The notes below the pieces were generated by a model that saw only the letters and a list, made by a program, of their open reading frames with translations, searched no databases and was not told where the DNA came from. From an uncultured archaeon (GTDB lineage Archaea > Asgardarchaeota > Thorarchaeia > Thorarchaeales > Thorarchaeaceae), in the NCBI GenBank assembly GCA_964458565.1, contig CAYWJO010000034.1, forward strand, positions 1 to 38,525: a stretch of 38,525 nt of DNA, read 5' to 3'. Of the stretch, positions 8,937 through 17,763 are shown in pieces (the first letter of the stretch is position 1; each line of letters begins with the position of its first letter). The translations under genes and the position numbers were made by a program.

Positions 8937-9167
8937 GGACGTTGGAATACGACCGAGCTCCTTTATCTTCACTTCATAGTGAAGATATATGGTGAAGCTT
9001 CATCTATGCGAATACTAAAAAAATGGTATTCGTTTCTCACCCAAGGGTTCAGAGAAGGATGGTGCTGAGCGACAAAATCTAGGAGCGAATTAGGATTATT
9101 AGAATGAGGGTGGACCTCTGCCCAGAATTGGGCTGCTAAGTCTGCGGTTTCCAGCGTCCACTTTTTT
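8937..9167 (+). ncRNA. Putative novel structured ncRNA (~224 nt plus U-tract)
   Basis: Terminal helix 8936-8947/9149-9160, internal closing helices, seven hairpins, G-U wobbles that work only on the + strand, T6 tract 9162-9167, no long ORF. Confidence 0.7.
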
Positions 9168-9181
9168 GTATGCGAAAATTG

Positions 9182-9844
9182 TCACTCAATCTGTTTTTCT
9201 AAAATCTCTACAATATCTACGACTTCTACTTTGCTTTGCAACTGATCTGCACTTGACATTAGATTTGTTTCACAGAATGGACATGCTGATGTAATGATCT
9301 CTACTCCTATCAGTTCTCCACTCTTGATCCTGTCCATACCTATTTTCTTTGCTAGCTGGGGATCATATGACCGCAGTCCTCCACCAGCTCCACAGCACAT
9401 CGCTGCATGTTTGTTTGTGTCCATCTCTAGAAAATCAACATCTGGTAGAGCGTTGAGAATTGTCCTTGGACTATCATATACTCCGAGCGCTCTCCCCATA
9501 TGGCAAGGATCATGATAATTCACAACAATCTTTTCACCCAATGGTTTAAGTTTGAGCTCTCCCGACTTGATTAAATCTTCAGCGAGTTCGACGATATGCA
9601 CTATTTCAGGAAGTTCAGTTCCAAACATTTCTGGCAGGTCTTTCCTTAGTGTCTTCAAACAACCTGCACATGAAACCACTACACGCTTTGCACCAGATTT
9701 TTTGATTGCTTCTGCTAAATTTTCTGCATTACTCTCTGCTTCGTTTCTTCTTCCTGTTCTAAGCATTACAGAGCCGCAACAAGGTTCATTCTCGAGCACA
9801 CCAAAATCAATATTCGCAATTTTCACTACAATATCCGGATCCAA
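9182..9844 (-). CDS. CCG-domain Fe-S protein (HdrB/HdrD/GlpC-like); first CCG domain appears N-terminally shortened
   Basis: EPCCGS..SCAGC; YHDPCH..CCGAGGG..ACPFC; GGAGG RBS before TTG start. Confidence 0.85.
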   Translation of the reverse strand: MDPDIVVKIANIDFGVLENEPCCGSVMLRTGRRNEAESNAENLAEAIKKSGAKRVVVSCAGCLKTLRKDLPEMFGTELPEIVHIVELAEDLIKSGELKLKPLGEKIVVNYHDPCHMGRALGVYDSPRTILNALPDVDFLEMDTNKHAAMCCGAGGGLRSYDPQLAKKIGMDRIKSGELIGVEIITSACPFCETNLMSSADQLQSKVEVVDIVEILEKQIE

Positions 9845-9871
9845 AAAGGTGCCTCCATCTTGGAGTTTGGA

Positions 9872-10198
9872 TTAGAATATGTGTCGTATTTTCATTAAAT
9901 CACTCGCTGAGCCCTTGACCTTTAATTTTCTCTTGAGAAGTGCTGACGCCGCACTCATCTCCTCTAAGAAGAGTTTTCTTATTGTTTCATCATCGCTCTG
10001 TATTTTCATATCCGGATTTTCAATACCGCCTGAGTGAACTGTTATATCATTATCTTTTACAATGAAATGGTACTCTCTTCCATCTTTTAACATTAGGAGA
10101 GCAGTACGTTCCCAATCTTCAATATGTTTTCGAGTTTCTGGCTCTTGGAGACCTATGGCAATTCTCTCTTGCATTAGCTCTAATAGTTCGTCAGTCAT
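9872..10198 (-). CDS. SCP2 sterol/lipid-binding domain protein
   Basis: NPDMKIQSD..SAASALLKRKLKVKGS; probable start ATG 10198 (track start 10234). Confidence 0.88.
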   Translation of the reverse strand: MTDELLELMQERIAIGLQEPETRKHIEDWERTALLMLKDGREYHFIVKDNDITVHSGGIENPDMKIQSDDETIRKLFLEEMSAASALLKRKLKVKGSASDLMKIRHIF

Positions 10199-10302
10199 GA
10201 TTAATGCACCCCTTGTATTGAGTCGTTCAATCAATCCAAGTTATAGTTGTTTTCCTAAGGCTTAATCAATACAGATAAGTACAGACCAGCAAACTCCAAC
10301 TT

Positions 10303-10854
10303 GTGGTTCAATTGGAACAGAAACACAACCCACAACTACATGAAGATGAGCTCGATGTCGACTTTGCTTCTTGGACGCGAGGTAGAGAAATGAAGGAAGG
10401 TATTCACATGATGATATCGCATCACCCCCCTTCCTTATTTGGCCACTGTCTACGCCTTACTTTCCGTGGTAAAAGCCTATACATATGTGGTAGATGTGGT
10501 GGAATCTATGGTGGTCTATTTGGAGGTCTCATTGTACTCTTCATGGCTGGTGCACCTCTTGAACCCTCATGGTTATGGTTTCTATTTGCATTAGCAATTG
10601 GATTTTCGACAGTCTTTGATTGGGTGACCCAGAGACTCACACCAAGAAAAACGACTGTTAGAGTTCGTGCAATATCTGGATTTCTTAGTGGAATATCACT
10701 TGCGATTATTTTCTTTCTTGCAGATCTTTTCTATATGTTAATCGCGTTAATAGTAATGGGTGTAACTGTCAGCGGAGTTTCTTTAATCGAGAGTCGTCGT
10801 GCAAGAAAGGCAAGGCCTAATGACATAGAAAGGGTTGTGGAAGAATCCGAATGA
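10303..10854 (+). CDS. DUF2085-family membrane protein
   Basis: ICGRCGGIYGG, D-W-x-T-Q, RAISGFLSG motifs; about 4 TM helices. Confidence 0.8.
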   Translation: MVQLEQKHNPQLHEDELDVDFASWTRGREMKEGIHMMISHHPPSLFGHCLRLTFRGKSLYICGRCGGIYGGLFGGLIVLFMAGAPLEPSWLWFLFALAIGFSTVFDWVTQRLTPRKTTVRVRAISGFLSGISLAIIFFLADLFYMLIALIVMGVTVSGVSLIESRRARKARPNDIERVVEESE

Positions 10855-10913
10855 CCAATGGATGTACCACAGCTATTTTAACTCAGTCAGCTATTGTCTC
10901 ATTTGTGAACTAG

Positions 10914-12056
10914 ATGATTCCAGTTGCAAAGCCATATGTTGGTGATGAAGAAATTCAAGCAGTTACTGAGGTTCTTAAATCAGGAATGCTTGCTGAAGGA
11001 AGAATTTCACGAGAATTTGAGAGAGAATTTGCTGATTATCTAGGGGTAAAGTATGCTACAGTAACGAGTAATGGTACCACAGCATTGAGTACTGTGCTTG
11101 ATGCGATGGGTATAATGCCTGGTGATGAAGTCATCACAACTCCATTCACATTCATTGCATCAGCTAATACTATCGCAATGCTAGGAGCTATTCCCATATT
11201 TGTGGATGTAAAGCTTGATACTTACAACATCGACCCTGATGCTATCAGAGCGGCTATAACTGAGAAAACGAAAGCCATTATGCCTGTTCACATATTTGGT
11301 ATGCCCTCAGATATGAATGAAATAATGGAGATTGCTGAGGAGAAGGACCTTCTTGTACTAGAAGATGCATGTCAAGCTCACGGTTCTTCAATCAATGGTA
11401 AAATGATTGGTTCTATTGGGCATGCTGCGACTTTTTCATTCTATGCTACTAAGAATATGATGACTGGAGAAGGCGGGATGATAACATCAAATGACGAAGA
11501 TATCATCGAACGTGCTCTAATGATAAAGAATCATGGACGAGGGAAACAAGGTGGATATAGTCACTTCAGAATCGGTTATAACAATCGTATGATGGATCTG
11601 ATTTCTGCAATAGGTCGTATTCAACTGAAAAGAATGGATATTGTCTTAAAGGCACGTAGAAAGAATGCTGCTGCCATAACTAAGGTGTTATCAGAATTCG
11701 ATTTTGTGAAACCACAAGTTGCTGACCCCGGATTTGAATCTGGATATCATGTATACGCTCCCCGACTTTACTCTAACAAGATTAACCGTGATGATATGAT
11801 ACAATCCCTAAAAGATAGAGGTGTTGGTTCACGCACCGTGTATGCATTGCCATGTCACAAACAGGATACTTATCTCAATATAGACCAGTGGCGTTGGGCT
11901 GGATATGTGGATTATCCTGATTATTCCAAATTAAGCCTGCCAAATTCTGAAGAAGTTGGTGCAAAGCATTTTGAGATTCCCATACATCCAGGAGTTGAGG
12001 ATGAGGAATTAGATATAATCACTAACGCCCTTATTGATATCCTCTCTAAGGCTTAG
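10914..12056 (+). CDS. DegT/DnrJ/EryC1/StrS PLP aminotransferase
   Basis: SNGTTAL, EDACQAHG, FSFYATKNMMTGEGGM, GYNNRM. Confidence 0.95.
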   Translation: MIPVAKPYVGDEEIQAVTEVLKSGMLAEGRISREFEREFADYLGVKYATVTSNGTTALSTVLDAMGIMPGDEVITTPFTFIASANTIAMLGAIPIFVDVKLDTYNIDPDAIRAAITEKTKAIMPVHIFGMPSDMNEIMEIAEEKDLLVLEDACQAHGSSINGKMIGSIGHAATFSFYATKNMMTGEGGMITSNDEDIIERALMIKNHGRGKQGGYSHFRIGYNNRMMDLISAIGRIQLKRMDIVLKARRKNAAAITKVLSEFDFVKPQVADPGFESGYHVYAPRLYSNKINRDDMIQSLKDRGVGSRTVYALPCHKQDTYLNIDQWRWAGYVDYPDYSKLSLPNSEEVGAKHFEIPIHPGVEDEELDIITNALIDILSKA

Positions 12057-12702
12057 GTTCGAGATGTGGTAGAATATCTCTCAAGTCCTTAGAATGAATT
12101 GTATACGTTGCAGCTTTACCAACAGAAAGGTGTGCTGGATTGAATGCTATACTTATAGCTGAAACTCCAAAGATATCAAGATCATTCAACCCATCCCCTA
12201 CAGATGCTAATTCTGACTGTTTCTTGCCTGTCTTTGTTAGGTATTCAAGAATACGTTCTGCTTTTTGAGGTCCTTTCATTATGTATTTTATTTCACCCGT
12301 ATGCACACCATTCTTCTCTTCAAGGATATTCGAGTATGCGAAGTCTAAATCGAGTCTATCCATGAAGGGATTCATGAAAAATTGACTCACACCACTAGAT
12401 ATACAGCCTACTTCATAGCCCCATTCCTTCAAAGTAAGTATTACTTCCTCAGCTCCCTTCATCAATGGAATTTCATTAACAAACTCTTCTATTTCATCTC
12501 CATACGCTGCAACTCCCTTCCATAATCTCGCACCTTGAACTAATGATTCTTCAAGTGTGAGATTTTCTTCTGAGAATCTCGTATACTCATTAGCGAAGAG
12601 TTCGCCAATGCCAAGAGCTTTTGCTAGGGGGTATGCTGCGCTTGGTCCATCGAAGAGGACTCCATCTAAGTCCAGGGATACAACACTGATTGGTGATATC
12701 AT
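12046..12702 (-). CDS. HAD-IB phosphatase, SerB-like
   Basis: DLDGVL, ISSG, conserved K, VGDGLND. Confidence 0.88.
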   Translation of the reverse strand: MISPISVVSLDLDGVLFDGPSAAYPLAKALGIGELFANEYTRFSEENLTLEESLVQGARLWKGVAAYGDEIEEFVNEIPLMKGAEEVILTLKEWGYEVGCISSGVSQFFMNPFMDRLDLDFAYSNILEEKNGVHTGEIKYIMKGPQKAERILEYLTKTGKKQSELASVGDGLNDLDIFGVSAISIAFNPAHLSVGKAATYTIHSKDLRDILPHLEPKP

Positions 12703-12774
12703 TGATTTTTCCTCTTGTAGAATCAGTCTTAATTCAACGGAGAAAGATAATTATCGCTTTCGTTCCTCACGATT

Positions 12775-13944
12775 TTGGATGGAGCAATGAATATTATACG
12801 AAAAAGTTCGGGTCATATAGGGTCACTCAATGAGATTTTCAAACTAATGAGGAAAAAAAGAAAAGCCGAAGAACTTAGTTTTGACGTTGGACATACTCCC
12901 AGAAGTGTATTAGAGAACATGCTCATTATCTGTGGAAAGGTCGGTAGCGAAAATATGCAGTTCTATTCTGCAAAAGCAAAAGATCTTGGTGCAGATTTCA
13001 TAGAGGAAAAAGGATCCTCCTGGGTCTTGACTCATAAGACAATCCAAGAAAACTATGAAGTGGGTAAACATGAGGGAGTTCTTTTAATTGGGAATAACAA
13101 AGAATTACCTGGCACTCAAATTGGATATCAAGGTGCCTACGCATGGTCGGATTTCTTTTTCCAAGATGTAGACGGTGATAACATACCTGATACTCCTATT
13201 GGTAGAATTTACGGTGAACCTGAAACTGTCCTTTATCACATGGATCCGCTCATAATTGATAGTAATATTGCAGTTGTCTTTGATACACAACCTGGTAGAT
13301 CAATGAGACATGTCGAAGGACTTGTTAAGTTGGGCTTCGATGTAGAAGTACTAAAGCAGTACTCTGATGAAGAATCAAAGCTGTTGTCAGTTAGTGAGTT
13401 TATCCTGCAATTATCTGATGGTGTATTCACTTCTAGGATTCATGGAACACCTGAGCAATGGGCCTCATACAATTCAATAATTTTGTCGTACGAACAGGCA
13501 AAAAGCATAGAGTTTGAGGGCTATCCTGTTGTCTATTCTGAAGCATGTAGTACTGCGCAAGATGGTCCGCTGCTGAAAGCATTTCTAACTCAGGGTGCTT
13601 GTTACATCGGTTCAACTTTGGATACCGTGAACAATATCCAACCGTTTGATGACTGGCGTGATTGTACATATTGTGATGGATGGAAATTCGGATTCCTAGA
13701 TTTACTTGATACCTTTGATCATATTGGACAAGTGAAAGTTGGTGTTGACGCAGCTATCTATGAACGCATAACTCCTGAGGTGAAGCAAGAAATCGAAGCT
13801 GTGAAACTTGGGACTAACTCTCAGATTACATCTGATAATACACTGACAATCCTGGAATGGATTCTATTTGGTAATCCACTGCGACGTACTACTGTGGGTC
13901 CTAATGCAGATTTTACTCCAGGACGCCTGATTGTTGATACATAG
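12775..13944 (+). CDS. Peptidase C25 (gingipain-like, clan CD) protein without signal peptide
   Basis: SDFFFQDVDGDNIPDTPIGRI, His-Cys dyad IHG..EACS, LFGNP; likely start 12787. Confidence 0.7.
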   Translation: MDGAMNIIRKSSGHIGSLNEIFKLMRKKRKAEELSFDVGHTPRSVLENMLIICGKVGSENMQFYSAKAKDLGADFIEEKGSSWVLTHKTIQENYEVGKHEGVLLIGNNKELPGTQIGYQGAYAWSDFFFQDVDGDNIPDTPIGRIYGEPETVLYHMDPLIIDSNIAVVFDTQPGRSMRHVEGLVKLGFDVEVLKQYSDEESKLLSVSEFILQLSDGVFTSRIHGTPEQWASYNSIILSYEQAKSIEFEGYPVVYSEACSTAQDGPLLKAFLTQGACYIGSTLDTVNNIQPFDDWRDCTYCDGWKFGFLDLLDTFDHIGQVKVGVDAAIYERITPEVKQEIEAVKLGTNSQITSDNTLTILEWILFGNPLRRTTVGPNADFTPGRLIVDT

Positions 13945-14320
13945 GAACTTCAGGTCGTACAAAGAATTTGTTTGATATGAAAGCTCCAATAGCTCCAAGT
14001 ATACTGACTAGTGCCGCAGCCATTATCATTGCAACCCACACCAGCGACATAACCATATCCGGTGGGATTTCATTAACTAACTCTGTTGTCATGATATAGG
14101 CAATCAGACTCTCAGATTGCCATATGAAAAGTCCAAGATACGCACCAATTGAGCCTATAAAGCCTGAAAGTATCGCTTTCCCTCTTGCCTGTATTAGATA
14201 TCCTGCAACCAGTCCTGCAACGAGAGCTGCAAAGTAAAATAGAATGAAGAATAATCCAAGATTGAGAAATACTACTGCCAAGGTAATCGCAAGAATACGA
14301 ACGTTTTCGTTTGATGACAC
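13913..14320 (-). CDS. Small membrane protein
   Basis: Gly/Ala-rich TM helices (AGLVAGY, ILGAIGAFI). Confidence 0.75.
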   Translation of the reverse strand: MSSNENVRILAITLAVVFLNLGLFFILFYFAALVAGLVAGYLIQARGKAILSGFIGSIGAYLGLFIWQSESLIAYIMTTELVNEIPPDMVMSLVWVAMIMAAALVSILGAIGAFISNKFFVRPEVPMYQQSGVLE

Positions 14321-14385
14321 GTCTTAACCTCAGATTCTTGCACGAGCCAACCAATTTAACAGTGATGCTTTAGGTTTACTATTCG

Positions 14386-15291
14386 ATGTCAGCAAAATCA
14401 ATCAAGATAATCCCTCCAAAGGGGTATGATCTACTCAACTCAGTACACTCTTGGATATTTCCTGATGTTCAGCCTGTCCCTGAAGTTACCGTGGATGGTT
14501 TATTTAGTAGAATAATATCTATAGGAGATCATGAGATACCCATTACAATACATCAGGTCAATGGAACTCTAATTACACGATATCCTCACGACAATGTCAC
14601 AGTAAGAGAAGTTGAAGATAAAGTGAGATTCCTTTTAGGCCTGGATGTCAATATCTCTGCCGCTCTTAAATTTCTCAGACAAGAATCACTGTTTGACCCA
14701 ATTTTGGATTCTCTAAAATCCATACGCCCCTATTCTTCAGATTCTATCTTTGAAGGTCTCATGAAAACCGTACTACAGCAGCAAATCTCGTACAGAGCAG
14801 CAAATGTTATCACAAAACGTGCTGTTATGGAGCTAGCTAGTTCAGTAGAGTTTGAGGGCAGTAGGGTATACTCCTTTCCCAAACCACATTCATTTGTTGA
14901 AGCAGGAGTAGAAAAACTGAGAGAGTTAGGTATTGGATACAAATCTGATTATGTCCTCAATATCGCGAGTCTGGTTCATAAAAAGGAATTAGAGTTAGAA
15001 CGATTTCGGAACCGTGATCAAGAATTTGTGACCTCAATCCTAAAGCCAATTCATGGAATTGGTGAGTGGACAATTCAAGTCCTTGCCATCGCGGCACTTA
15101 ATGATTTCTCTGTATATCCATTTGGTGATTTAGGTATCCAGAATCTTCTTGGTAAATTGTATAATGATGGCCACAGAGTGACGACAAAGTATGTGTACGA
15201 ATATTCACAAAATGTAGGGAATTCTGGACCAATGGTTCTATATTTATTGATGTGTGCTGATGTTCTTGGTTGGTTAGAAGAAAGTCGATAG
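14386..15291 (+). CDS. alkA: DNA-3-methyladenine glycosylase II (AlkA family, HhH-GPD)
   Basis: VLQQQIS, FPKP, HhH IHGIGEWT, PFGDLGI. Confidence 0.88.
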   Translation: MSAKSIKIIPPKGYDLLNSVHSWIFPDVQPVPEVTVDGLFSRIISIGDHEIPITIHQVNGTLITRYPHDNVTVREVEDKVRFLLGLDVNISAALKFLRQESLFDPILDSLKSIRPYSSDSIFEGLMKTVLQQQISYRAANVITKRAVMELASSVEFEGSRVYSFPKPHSFVEAGVEKLRELGIGYKSDYVLNIASLVHKKELELERFRNRDQEFVTSILKPIHGIGEWTIQVLAIAALNDFSVYPFGDLGIQNLLGKLYNDGHRVTTKYVYEYSQNVGNSGPMVLYLLMCADVLGWLEESR

Positions 15292-15344
15292 CCGAAAACG
15301 CCAAAAAGGTGAATTCCGACTAATCCGTAAGCATGGTGAAATAA

Positions 15345-16496
15345 TTGTCGAAGACGAGTAAGAAAAACTCAAAAGCATGGCGAATCCGCTCAATGTTCAC
15401 AAAAGAACTTCAGCTTATTCAGAATGATAAATTCGCCCTATTACTTGTTTTCGTACTTCCCACGATGATTATGGGAACTATGTATATTGCTATCAACCAA
15501 GGTCAGATTGACACAAGCACTTCTTCAGGAAAAAATTCTGATGCTCTCACCATCGGGCTTGTTGATGAAGACCCCACTGATACATTTCCTAATGAAGACC
15601 TCTCTGCCAATTTTACAATATACCTTCAGACCAGTCCTGATATTATTGTCATATTGTATGATACAGATGAAGATGCTCTAAATGCGTTGTATTATGATCA
15701 GGTCGATGCATACGCGGTTATCCCATATGGTTTTGAAGGAAATATCACTGGGGACATTCCCTCCATTGTTTCAGTACATATCAGCAGTACCAATTTTGAC
15801 ACTCAGGCTACTGTATTTTCTGCCTTCAATAGAGTTGTTGTTGATTTTCGAGCGGATCATGGTTGGGTGAAGGGTGAGGTTCGTTTAGATGAAGTGCAGG
15901 AGTGGAAACCTGTTGGCGATTATATGGCTGCCACATTTGGAGTATTCATGTTAGTTTTTGCTGTTTTTATTGCAACGGCTGCCACTGCAGCTCAAGCAAT
16001 AGTCGGAGATATTCCTCTTAATCGAATGCTACTTACACCAGCCACAAAAATAGAGGCCATTTTGGCAAAGACTTTCGCTTATTTTGTTGTGGGGATGATT
16101 CAATCACAATTTCTGCTCGTTCTTTGGTTGGGTCTTTTCGGCATTGTTCCGAATACTGATTATTTAACACTTAACATCATTTGTGCTTTAATGTCATTTT
16201 CAGGATCTGCCTTTGGTGTCTTCATTTCTACGCTCTGTAAAACAAGATTACAAGCGAATCAATCATTTCTTTTCCTACTCTTTTCTTCATTTATTGTTGG
16301 AACTGGATTCATGGATGTCGGAATTGTGGATGAATACTACCCACTCAATCTTGGTAGAGTTATGATTATTGATACAGCATTCAAGGGAATTTCCATTTGG
16401 GATTTTACGAACGACATAATCAACATCGGAATTTTTTCCGTAGCAATGGTTGTTCTTGCTTATATTATCTTTATGAGACGTCAAACTCTTGCATAG
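15345..16496 (+). CDS. ABC-2 type exporter permease (no adjacent ATPase)
   Basis: FTKELQ, IGLVDED, VIPYGFE, LNRMLLTP..ILAK, about 6 TM helices. Confidence 0.88.
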   Translation: MSKTSKKNSKAWRIRSMFTKELQLIQNDKFALLLVFVLPTMIMGTMYIAINQGQIDTSTSSGKNSDALTIGLVDEDPTDTFPNEDLSANFTIYLQTSPDIIVILYDTDEDALNALYYDQVDAYAVIPYGFEGNITGDIPSIVSVHISSTNFDTQATVFSAFNRVVVDFRADHGWVKGEVRLDEVQEWKPVGDYMAATFGVFMLVFAVFIATAATAAQAIVGDIPLNRMLLTPATKIEAILAKTFAYFVVGMIQSQFLLVLWLGLFGIVPNTDYLTLNIICALMSFSGSAFGVFISTLCKTRLQANQSFLFLLFSSFIVGTGFMDVGIVDEYYPLNLGRVMIIDTAFKGISIWDFTNDIINIGIFSVAMVVLAYIIFMRRQTLA

Positions 16497-16566
16497 CTTA
16501 GTTGTGGGGCAAGACCCTTAAACAATAAGCACCATTGTTTAATCTACTCACATGGAGATTTTAGAA

Positions 16567-16770
16567 ATGAGTGTAGTCAAAGTAATCGAATTAATTGGTG
16601 AGAGTCCCAACTCATGGGAAGAAGCTACTCAGAATGCTCTTGAGGTTGCTTCCAAGACACTTCGTGGCATTGTTGGAATCGATGTAGATCATTTCACAGC
16701 GAAGGTTAAAGACAACAAACTCGTTGCTTATAGAGCGAATGTAAAAGTAGCTTTCAAGTATGAAACTTAA
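16567..16770 (+). CDS. Dodecin family protein
   Basis: KVIELIGESPNSWEEA..ASKTLR..YRANVKVAF; ATG 16567 follows GGAG RBS. Confidence 0.9.
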   Translation: MSVVKVIELIGESPNSWEEATQNALEVASKTLRGIVGIDVDHFTAKVKDNKLVAYRANVKVAFKYET

Positions 16771-16785
16771 TTACAATATTTTGAA

Positions 16786-16819
16786 GGAGAGGGATTCTCC
16801 TCTCCCCTTTTTCTTCTTT
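16786..16819 (+). terminator. Hairpin plus T-rich tract between convergent dodecin and CPBP genes
   Basis: GGAGAGG-GATTCT-CCTCTCC followed by a pyrimidine/T run. Confidence 0.6.
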
Positions 16820-16824
16820 ACTTG

Positions 16825-17616
16825 TTATGCTCCAAGAAATGCCAGTACAACCACAGCGGCGTTATTGAAACCATGCGCTACAGTAGGTCCCATAATTGAA
16901 TAATTCCTTTCTTGAGCTAAATAACCAAGAAACATTCCCAACATGAATCGAGTCGGAAGCCCGATTAGATCAAGGTGCATTAGTGCAAAAATGAAACTTG
17001 TAACGACGAGAGCTATAAACTTGTATTGAGTGTAATCTGCCTTGAAGTAAATCTCCAATCTTTTTTGTAAGAACCCTCTAAAAAGAAGTTCTTCGCTAAA
17101 TCCAACGATTGTAAACATGACAACAACCCATAGGATCACCTCAATGATGTTCATGTTTGCGAACATTTGGTCCTCTGCAGTTGTTGTGGCTCCAGACCAT
17201 TCAAATAGAAAATATGTAACTATGATATTGGCGATTAGCATTAAAATCCCAATGAGGAGACCGAAACCAATCTCTAGAGGATTTGAGAAGTTCTTAATAC
17301 CTAGTGACTCTTGATCCTGATTTCTTTTCCTGATATAGTAGATAGGTGGAATAATGAACCCAATCTCTGCAATTGAGAGAACCAACATAGCTAAAGAGGT
17401 TATCTCCAATTCAAGTGTGATTGGATCTAATAATATCAGTCCGGCTGCTATTATGGGAAACATCAAGAATACGGCAACTAGAATCATCATCCCAAAACCA
17501 CCAACTGTGGTTGCGAGAAGAGACCCTATACTGACATCCCTTTCAATAACAATCGGATCGAAAATGTCAATTGTATCTTTCTCAATGAATTCGAGATCAG
17601 AGTCGTCCATCACCAA
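16825..17616 (-). CDS. CPBP (Abi/Rce1-like) intramembrane metalloprotease
   Basis: EELLFRG, FALMH, HGFNN motifs; multiple TM helices. Confidence 0.93.
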   Translation of the reverse strand: MVMDDSDLEFIEKDTIDIFDPIVIERDVSIGSLLATTVGGFGMMILVAVFLMFPIIAAGLILLDPITLELEITSLAMLVLSIAEIGFIIPPIYYIRKRNQDQESLGIKNFSNPLEIGFGLLIGILMLIANIIVTYFLFEWSGATTTAEDQMFANMNIIEVILWVVVMFTIVGFSEELLFRGFLQKRLEIYFKADYTQYKFIALVVTSFIFALMHLDLIGLPTRFMLGMFLGYLAQERNYSIMGPTVAHGFNNAAVVVLAFLGA

Positions 17617-17763
17617 TCTAGATGACCTCCGTTAGATGGTCTTTGGACCCGAGATAAGGCTTTGGATATGAGAAAGGAAAACACTTGCTTGTTTGGAATA
17701 CTCTTTATGTATTGGAATGTATCATTCACCCCTGTCAATAATGAGGTCTGAGCTGTTTGGATA

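Noticed and set aside
9023-9082. 19-codon ORF MVFVSHPRVQRRMVLSDKI inside the structured RNA
   Set aside because: No RBS, start lies in a hairpin, length expected by chance
8937-9160. SRP RNA, RNase P RNA, hammerhead/HDV ribozyme or SECIS identity for the structured RNA
   Set aside because: No SRP helix-8 motif; CAGAATTGGGCT resembles RNase P CR-V but CR-I is missing and the segment forms a local hairpin; ribozyme cores absent; no Sec-type in-frame TGA seen in the flanking genes
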